Assembly: GCA_964016885.1 (NCBI GenBank)
Contig: OZ024740.1
Location: forward strand, 259,656,001-259,720,000
Origin: Eledone cirrhosa
Taxonomy: Eukaryota
Direction of reading: 5' to 3'
Length of the DNA stretch: 64,000 nucleotides
Below the pieces are notes generated by a model, which saw only the letters and a list, made by a program, of their open reading frames with translations, was not told the DNA's origin and ran no database searches. Positions 61,801 to 64,000 of the stretch are shown here, piece after piece (the first letter of the stretch is position 1; each line of letters starts with the position of its first letter). The translations under genes were made by a program, and so were the position numbers.

Positions 61801-63731
61801 ACCATTTTCTGAATGATTGCAACAATAGAGCTGCTGATTGTTGCTGATGGTACTGGTTCATGTTCTCTTACTAGTTCCTGTAGACAAACAGACAGATAGG
61901 TAGGGATTACTTCAAGGTTACTGGATTAACAACAATATGGTATCAACAGGATAGTCTGTTCAATAACTAAGAAGAAATTGGTGCTCTTAACCGTTATCTT
62001 ATATTTCGAATAAAAGATATTGCCAATAATTTTTATTTCATTTGGAATATAATAAAGTATCTGGATGCTCATTATTTCACATTGCTCTTTCTGCCAAAAG
62101 ATAGTATCAGCAATAGAAGGACCAAAGGAAATATTGTTTCTTTATTCCGATCTGATGAGTTCCACTCCACTTGGTAAGAGAATGAAGTCTGGGAACTTGT
62201 TGATTGATTCCAACTCTCTCTATATGTATATGTATGTATACATATATGTATGTTTGTATATGTGTGTATACATATATGTTGCTGTATGTCTTTGCATATG
62301 TGTGTATATGTACATATTTCTGACTGGTAGATAATAGCAGCAATGGAAAGACAAATGGAAACATTGTTTCCTTGGTCTGATCTGACGAGTTCTACTCCAC
62401 TTAGTAAGTGAATAAGGTCTGGGATCTTGTCAATTCAGATCATTTGGATGGCTAATGAGATAACTAATTTTCTCATTAAGTCTTTTGTTAACATATTTCT
62501 AATAAAAGACACTGCTTATAATTTTAAAATAATGTTGAAAATAAATGATTCGAAGTTTCTTGTGGGGACAGAGTGCTCAAACACGCCTTCCAGCGGGTCT
62601 TGTCAGAAGCAACCATCTCCAACTGATCCAGCTGAATCCCTAAGCGATACCAGCCAAGCTCATGGATGTTATCCAACAAGAATTTGAAGCAATTTATTAA
62701 TATAACTCTCTTATTATTAAGCTAGTAGTTGGAAAATAACTTAAAAGTTCTTATGGAAAATTATTATGATGAGAGGTTTTTAGATAAATTAAACATTTAA
62801 CCCTTTCATTACCATATTTTTAATGAAAGAAAATGTTGATAATTTACAAATCATTTTGGAAAAATACCAAGAATTTAGAGGGATTTAGTTATATATTCTT
62901 CTATTGTGGTCAACATGGATGGAATGTCCCCCCCCCTCTTTCTCTACATGCATATACATGTATGTATGCATGGATCTCACAACAAGGATATGGAACAAAT
63001 ACTGCAAGGCACTCTATCCATTGCTCTTGAGACTGTCATTCCACTGCTCCTAGACTGATTCTTCATTTATCGACTCTAATAGGATTCAAACCCAGAATCA
63101 AGGAATTGGAATGAATACCACAAATCATTCTATCTATTCCTCTACCATTTCTGTTAATTCTGAAGCTACTATTCTTACCATTTTGTAAATGGGATTTAGG
63201 GTCTCAGTGGAATTTTCAGTCTGGACACGATCATGCTGGTGCCATGATAAAACACACCCAATTGACCCCGCAAAGTATTAGTGTTAGGGCCAGAATAAAA
63301 TACACATAGTCCACTCTGTAAAGAGGTAGTGATGTCTGTCTCTCTGTGTGTCACAAACAGATGCACACATGCACAAACTCACTCTCTCTCACACATGCAC
63401 ACTCACACACACACACACACATATACATGCGAAAGAAATATATTCTCACCTGGTACATAAGAAAGACTCGTTGTATAAAATTTCCAGCTTGATACTGTTT
63501 GATGTTAAACACCTGGTGTGGATGGTCATTTCTGACCAGACATTCAAGAGCCTTGAAGAGTAATTCCATCACTGTTGATGGACCCTTTGTCCAGATTCTC
63601 CACTTCAGTAGGAGATTCTCAATAACAGACATATTCTGGACAATGGCTAATGTTTGTTCTTTTATGACATAGCAGTTTAACTGGGGATCAAACCTGATTA
63701 CTGATTCTGTAGTAGAAGCATCTAACAGCAC
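4951..63731 (-). CDS. LYST: Lysosomal trafficking regulator (LYST/CHS1/Beige orthologue), 3' part; 37 exons, 1844 aa, 5' end outside window
   Basis: 37 GT-AG exons with consistent phases summing to 5535 nt. Motifs match LYST as I recall it: [19 protein letters not shown]-like (EIFLTNGKT), BEACH ([39 protein letters not shown]), [12 protein letters not shown] and C-terminal WD40 repeats. Confidence 0.95.
5930..6135 (-). mobile_element. tRNA-derived SINE family A (core CTTTCATCCTTnCnGGGTnGATAAAATAAAGTACCAG)
   Basis: B-box GAGTTCAAATCC plus shared core; other copies near 4670, 5590, 19855, 22600, 25980, 33415, 48105, 60300. Confidence 0.8.
6303..6420 (+). mobile_element. tRNA-derived SINE family B, 5' part
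   Basis: A box TGGCTTAGTG, B box GAGTTCAATTCC, CORE-like GTCCTTGGGCAAGACACTT. Confidence 0.75.
6588..6662 (-). CDS. LYST: LYST exon 36 (WD40)
   Basis: aatag|A...AG|gtaag; [13 protein letters not shown]. Confidence 0.93.
7017..7630 (-). mobile_element. Older 5'-truncated RTE LINE 3' fragment
   Basis: Decayed C-terminal coding remnant, C-rich tract, GGCATCCA motif and (TGA)n tail; same layout as the adjacent long LINE. Confidence 0.65.
7703..11350 (-). mobile_element. Near-full-length RTE-clade non-LTR retrotransposon (APE endonuclease + RT + PHD finger), frameshifted
   Basis: APE motifs [40 protein letters not shown]; RT motifs [34 protein letters not shown] (9046-9035), FRYLG; C-terminus LRWYGHV...GRPRKTW; 3' UTR ends GGACGTTAAACGC(TGA)n. 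Frameshifts near 10085, 9167 and 8522. 5' boundary approximate. Confidence 0.93.
11413..11516. other. ~104-nt inverted repeat (19-bp perfect core, ~45-bp imperfect stem)
   Basis: GCTGAGCTCTTGCCATTTC (11439-11457) / GAAATGGCAAGAGCTCAGC (11472-11490), with imperfect outer arms. Confidence 0.9.
11592..11745 (-). CDS. LYST: LYST exon 35 (WD40)
   Basis: cacag|AT...CG|gtaag; [18 protein letters not shown]. Confidence 0.94.
12245..12342 (-). CDS. LYST: LYST exon 34 (WD40)
   Basis: tacag|G...G|gtaaa; [10 protein letters not shown]...SETLGDIVT. Confidence 0.92.
12700..12900. repeat. ~45-bp tandem units (ACCACTTTACAGTGTGGACTGG...) related to the RTE 3'-UTR family
   Basis: About 4 diverged copies; same unit near 20270, 23665, 34730, 44320, 50230, 58420. 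Confidence 0.75.
12940..13082 (-). CDS. LYST: LYST exon 33 (WD40)
   Basis: cacag|AAA...CG|gtaag; QLYGH...[23 protein letters not shown]. Confidence 0.95.
13185..13485 (+). mobile_element. RTE LINE 3' fragment, second family ([14 protein letters not shown]), (GAA)n tail
   Basis: Decayed RT C-terminus also seen at 21735, 44750, 61080, 62575. Confidence 0.8.
13584..13990 (+). mobile_element. tRNA-derived SINE family B, long copy
   Basis: A/B boxes, CORE-like CCTTGAGCAAGACACTT, then CCCTGTGATGGACTGGCGTCCTGTCCAG segment. Confidence 0.82.
14161..14259 (-). CDS. LYST: LYST exon 32 (WD40)
   Basis: ttcag|ACA...AAG|gtagg; [17 protein letters not shown]. Confidence 0.93.
14712..14848 (-). CDS. LYST: LYST exon 31 (WD40 region)
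   Basis: tttag|GT...CAG|gttag; [20 protein letters not shown]. Confidence 0.93.
15496..15691 (-). CDS. LYST: LYST exon 30
   Basis: tacag|ATC...G|gtaat; [12 protein letters not shown]. Confidence 0.93.
15780..16198 (+). mobile_element. Non-autonomous Helitron-like element, 3' part
   Basis: Ends in hairpin AGCAGAAAACCACCC-TAA-GGGTGGTTTTTCTGCT then CTAG|T; homologous to inverted copy at 42810-43585. Confidence 0.65.
16596..16781 (-). CDS. LYST: LYST exon 29 (BEACH end)
   Basis: ttcag|ACT...ATG|gtaag; TYFG...[12 protein letters not shown]. Confidence 0.95.
16876..17380. repeat. ~23-bp minisatellite (GCAGTCACACAGTGAGTGGGAG)
   Basis: About 20 tandem copies. Confidence 0.95.
17436..18030. repeat. 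~28-bp minisatellite (GGTCAAGGTGTGGTGTGGATGGTATGAT)
   Basis: About 20 tandem copies. Confidence 0.93.
18053..18270 (-). CDS. LYST: LYST exon 28 (BEACH)
   Basis: tttag|GA...GCT|gtgag; DVQLPSW...HRQALES...GYKQQG...NVFHPA. Confidence 0.96.
18668..18850. repeat. ~39-bp tandem repeat (ACCTGGGTATTTAACACnnTAGGTTAAC...)
   Basis: 4-5 diverged copies. Confidence 0.8.
18875..19095. mobile_element. piggyBac-type MITE
   Basis: Perfect 14-bp TIRs CCCTTTAGCATTTA / TAAATGCTAAAGGG with TTAA on both sides. Confidence 0.88.
19368..19508 (-). CDS. LYST: LYST exon 27 (BEACH)
   Basis: tacag|AC...G|gtatg; FDLPDRTFH...[11 protein letters not shown]. Confidence 0.96.
20535..20694 (-). CDS. LYST: LYST exon 26 (BEACH)
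   Basis: ttcag|TAT...G|gtaag; [25 protein letters not shown]. Confidence 0.96.
21735..22130 (+). mobile_element. RTE LINE 3' fragment (second family) with expanded (GAA)n tail
   Basis: [19 protein letters not shown]...[11 protein letters not shown] followed by (CAA)n(GAA)n. Confidence 0.82.
22364..22430 (-). CDS. LYST: LYST exon 25 (BEACH)
   Basis: tacag|A...CAG|gtaga; DLSKPIAVQ. Confidence 0.94.
22830..23074 (-). CDS. LYST: LYST exon 24 (BEACH start)
   Basis: tacag|GAA...AG|gtagg; [12 protein letters not shown]...[14 protein letters not shown]. Confidence 0.96.
23268..23420 (-). CDS. LYST: LYST exon 23 (PH-like)
   Basis: tatag|GTA...GAG|gtaag; [24 protein letters not shown]. Confidence 0.95.
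24745..25025 (-). mobile_element. tRNA-derived SINE family B
   Basis: Reverse-complement homology to 13584-13870. Confidence 0.75.
25131..25189 (-). CDS. LYST: LYST exon 22 (PH-like)
   Basis: tccag|GT...CAG|gtaat; ERNVYFIAD. Confidence 0.9.
25359..25445 (+). ncRNA. Minimal type I hammerhead ribozyme motif (Penelope/retrozyme-like)
   Basis: Stem I ACGGTG/CATCGT; CTGATGA 25390-96; stem II AGCT-AATA-AGCT; GAAA 25411-14; palindromic helix III CTAG; GUU site ending 25420; stem I extends with AAGG/CCTT, ACTGACA/TGTCAGT, GTTCAA/TTGAAC. Confidence 0.75.
26450..26622. repeat. Three diverged ~60-bp tandem units (GTCAACCAGG...GTGAGA...CTGGATTGG)
   Basis: Direct inspection. Confidence 0.75.
26644..26705 (-). 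CDS. LYST: LYST exon 21 (PH-like start)
   Basis: tgtag|G...G|gtaat; [20 protein letters not shown]. Confidence 0.9.
26914..29290. repeat. 50-bp minisatellite, ~47.5 copies
   Basis: Unit GGAACTGTGGAAGACACCCAAGGGCCAGGTGGAGGTGTCAATCTAGATAA; substitutions only, no indels seen. Confidence 0.98.
30166..30540. mobile_element. Tc1/mariner-superfamily MITE
   Basis: Imperfect TIRs (CnCTnGGGGTCCCAAATAA / TTATTCAAAACCCGAGAG), TA on both sides; homologue at 45514-45907. Confidence 0.72.
30548..30653 (-). CDS. LYST: LYST exon 20
   Basis: ttcag|CC...CA|gtaag; [12 protein letters not shown]. Confidence 0.9.
30967..31780 (+). repeat. ~414-bp tandem duplication ending in an RTE-type 3' end
   Basis: CCTGTGTTATTTACTG at 30967 and 31381; ends CCCATGCAAGCATG...GTTAAA(TGA)n. 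Confidence 0.8.
31832..32160 (+). mobile_element. RTE LINE 3' fragment
   Basis: [25 protein letters not shown] remnant and CCCATGCAAGCATGGAAAA tail. Confidence 0.75.
32327..32472 (-). CDS. LYST: LYST exon 19
   Basis: ctcag|G...G|gtaag; [25 protein letters not shown]. Confidence 0.95.
32557..32955 (+). mobile_element. Two tandem SINE family A copies
   Basis: A box TGGCAGAGTTG, B box GAGTTCAAATCC, shared core, (ATT)n tails. Confidence 0.82.
32956..33265 (-). mobile_element. Non-autonomous Helitron-like element
   Basis: Minus strand begins A|TCTATATTATAATAAG followed by (GTCY)n-like repeat and ends CTAG|T; no TSD; subterminal hairpin not evident. Confidence 0.62.
34233..34424 (-). CDS. LYST: LYST exon 18
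   Basis: tccag|G...AA|gtgag; ...[14 protein letters not shown]. Confidence 0.92.
34700..35065 (+). mobile_element. RTE-3'-UTR-related short element with 4 x 48-bp internal VNTR
   Basis: (CAGCCCACACTGTAAAGTGGTTGTGTAGGAGTCAAAACAAAGGGCACC)n + TTAGGAAGGGCATCCAGCTGTAGAAA + CCCATGCTAGCATGG. Confidence 0.75.
35070..40315. repeat. ~5.2-kb minisatellite, 31-bp unit (with 24-bp variants)
   Basis: Unit CAGTCCTCTATATACACTACCATACACCATA. Confidence 0.98.
40556..40632 (-). CDS. LYST: LYST exon 17
   Basis: tgaag|GAA...AG|gtata (weaker sites, but phases fit); [20 protein letters not shown]. Confidence 0.75.
41266..41442 (-). CDS. LYST: LYST exon 16
   Basis: tacag|GTC...CAG|gtatg; [12 protein letters not shown]. 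Confidence 0.85.
41970..42101 (-). CDS. LYST: LYST exon 15
   Basis: tctag|ACA...TGG|gtaag; [18 protein letters not shown]. Confidence 0.85.
42522..42735 (+). mobile_element. SINE family A
   Basis: A box TGGCAGTATCG, B box GAGTTCGAAACC, shared core. Confidence 0.8.
42810..43585 (-). mobile_element. Non-autonomous Helitron-like element, longer copy
   Basis: Reverse-complement homologue of 15780-16198 with ~300 bp extra; terminal hairpin and CTAG|T. Confidence 0.65.
43696..44165 (-). mobile_element. RTE LINE 3' fragment
   Basis: [29 protein letters not shown]...[11 protein letters not shown] remnant with (TGA)n tail. Confidence 0.85.
44750..45222 (-). mobile_element. RTE LINE 3' fragment (second family)
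   Basis: [12 protein letters not shown]...QAAKMEF...[19 protein letters not shown]...RPSGRP. Confidence 0.85.
45372..45446 (-). CDS. LYST: LYST exon 14
   Basis: tgtag|GAA...CAA|gtaag; EKGILQ...AKDTLLKQ. Confidence 0.82.
45514..45907. mobile_element. Tc1/mariner-superfamily MITE (same family as 30166-30540)
   Basis: Imperfect TIRs, TA flanks, internal homology. Confidence 0.7.
46109..46303. mobile_element. Mariner-type MITE
   Basis: ~31-bp imperfect TIRs with GCTGAAAAGTTC / GAACTTTTCAGC, TA on both sides. Confidence 0.85.
46513..46720 (+). mobile_element. SINE family A insertion with 18-bp target-site duplication
   Basis: ATTATCTTATCTTTATCT at 46495-46512 and 46721-46738. Confidence 0.8.
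47697..47833 (-). CDS. LYST: LYST exon 13
   Basis: tacag|AT...CAG|gttag; ...[14 protein letters not shown]. Confidence 0.82.
48914..49405. repeat. 33-bp tandem repeat followed by CAC-rich degenerate minisatellite
   Basis: GTTGACCAAGAGTAACCTACAACAGATGTAGGG x3; ACCACACTATACTGTCAC-type units. Confidence 0.8.
49422..49640 (-). CDS. LYST: LYST exon 12
   Basis: ttaag|AT...G|gtgag; ...[20 protein letters not shown]. Confidence 0.85.
50447..50578 (-). CDS. LYST: LYST exon 11
   Basis: tgcag|GC...A|gtaagt; [17 protein letters not shown]. Confidence 0.8.
51172..51257 (-). CDS. LYST: LYST exon 10
   Basis: ttcag|C...G|gtaag; [17 protein letters not shown]. Confidence 0.85.
52199..52273 (-). CDS. LYST: LYST exon 9
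   Basis: cacag|A...AG|gtaat; phase 2-2; [16 protein letters not shown]. Confidence 0.82.
52500..53258. repeat. 18-bp minisatellite (CAAGAACAGAATGTGGCT)
   Basis: About 40 diverged copies. Confidence 0.93.
53625..53725 (-). CDS. LYST: LYST exon 8
   Basis: ttcag|ATG...AG|gtaag; [23 protein letters not shown]. Confidence 0.88.
54295..54424 (-). CDS. LYST: LYST exon 7
   Basis: atcag|C...CAG|gtaag; FDFSQL...[10 protein letters not shown]. Confidence 0.88.
55146..55315 (-). CDS. LYST: LYST exon 6
   Basis: cacag|CTC...GG|gtagg; LLDIYLRR...[10 protein letters not shown]. Confidence 0.92.
55335..55512. repeat. (GAT)n/(AAC)n-type trinucleotide tract next to the exon 6 acceptor
   Basis: Direct inspection. 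Confidence 0.9.
56360..56642. repeat. ~30-bp minisatellite (AATGTATAGGGGCTGTACATACAGAGAGAA)
   Basis: About 9 copies. Confidence 0.88.
56715..56857 (-). CDS. LYST: LYST exon 5
   Basis: cccag|GT...CGG|gtaag; LLDLLCS...[13 protein letters not shown]. Confidence 0.9.
57680..58210 (-). CDS. LYST: LYST exon 4 (Ser/Asp-rich)
   Basis: tttcag|GT...GCT G|gtaag; 531-nt open frame ending EKGLVVLCA. Confidence 0.88.
58420..58788 (+). mobile_element. RTE-3'-UTR-related short element with ~5 x 46-bp VNTR and (TGA)n tail
   Basis: AAAAGCACCCAGTTCACACTGTAAAG units + GCATCCAGCCATAGAAA + CATGCTGACATGGAAAAA(TGA)n. Confidence 0.75.
58924..59037 (-). CDS. LYST: LYST exon 3
   Basis: accag|GT...AAA G|gtaag; phase 1-1; [13 protein letters not shown]. 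Confidence 0.78.
59232..59410 (-). mobile_element. SINE family A
   Basis: Reverse complement of 32780-32955. Confidence 0.8.
59494..59898 (+). mobile_element. 5'-truncated copy of the RTE LINE 3' UTR with internal 112-bp duplication
   Basis: Near-identical to the reverse complement of 7703-7998. Confidence 0.88.
61080..61565 (-). mobile_element. RTE LINE 3' fragments (second family), partly duplicated
   Basis: [12 protein letters not shown] remnant occurs twice. Confidence 0.75.
61679..61877 (-). CDS. LYST: LYST exon 2
   Basis: ctacag|GAA...TGG G|gtaag; ELVREHE...[23 protein letters not shown]. Confidence 0.92.
63450..63731 (-). CDS. LYST: LYST exon 1 of window
   Basis: tatag|GTG...CAG|gtgag; VLLDAST...LLLKWRIW...RVFLMYQ. 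Confidence 0.88.
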
Positions 63732-63851
63732 CTATATTAAACCAAGTAAAAAGACAGAGAGGTGAAAGACAACCTTGTCCAGCATGGTCCCGTAACTCCC
63801 AAGGGGGTTGTAGGCGTGCCATATTGACATACGTTTCTAGGGCATAATTAC

Positions 63852-63955
63852 GTCTGAGGTTAACTTTGCCTTTCATCCTTACGGGGTTGATAAAATAAAG
63901 TACCAGTAATGTACTGAGTAATTGCTGGCCTTGTGCCAAAAGTAGAAACAATTAT
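63852..63955 (+). mobile_element. SINE family A, 3' part
   Basis: GAGGTTAACTTTGCCTTTCATCCTTACGGGGTTGATAAAATAAAGTACCAG. Confidence 0.8.
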
Positions 63956-64000
63956 TTTTTTAAAACCTGGGGATGCCAGTTTCTTCTCCAGGTCTGAATG

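Noticed and set aside
62345-62392. Type II hammerhead (GAAA-hairpin...CTGACGA)
   Set aside because: Cleavage position would be G, stem I would be only 2 nt, and stem II does not pair

Overview
Eukaryotic, AT-rich, repeat-dense DNA; the SINE/RTE families and long (TA/CA)n tracts suggest an Octopus (coleoid cephalopod) genome, which is my inference. Most of the window is the 3' part of one minus-strand gene, an orthologue of LYST (lysosomal trafficking regulator, PH-BEACH-WD40). I read 37 GT-AG exons from 63731 to a TGA stop at 4951-4953; they splice into one frame of 5535 nt (1844 aa), and the 5' part lies beyond the window. The introns hold a near-full-length but frameshifted RTE LINE (APE + RT + embedded PHD finger), many RTE 3' fragments, two tRNA-derived SINE families, Helitron-, piggyBac- and Tc1/mariner-type non-autonomous elements, and large minisatellites (50-bp and 31-bp units). 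Most ORFs in the supplied track are repeat artefacts. The most notable unannotated signal is a minimal type I hammerhead ribozyme motif (25359-25445, + strand, antisense to LYST) in a palindrome-dense island flanked by (TA)n, with weaker decayed look-alikes and long hairpins in similar islands. Repeat boundaries are approximate; no database search or folding computation was run.
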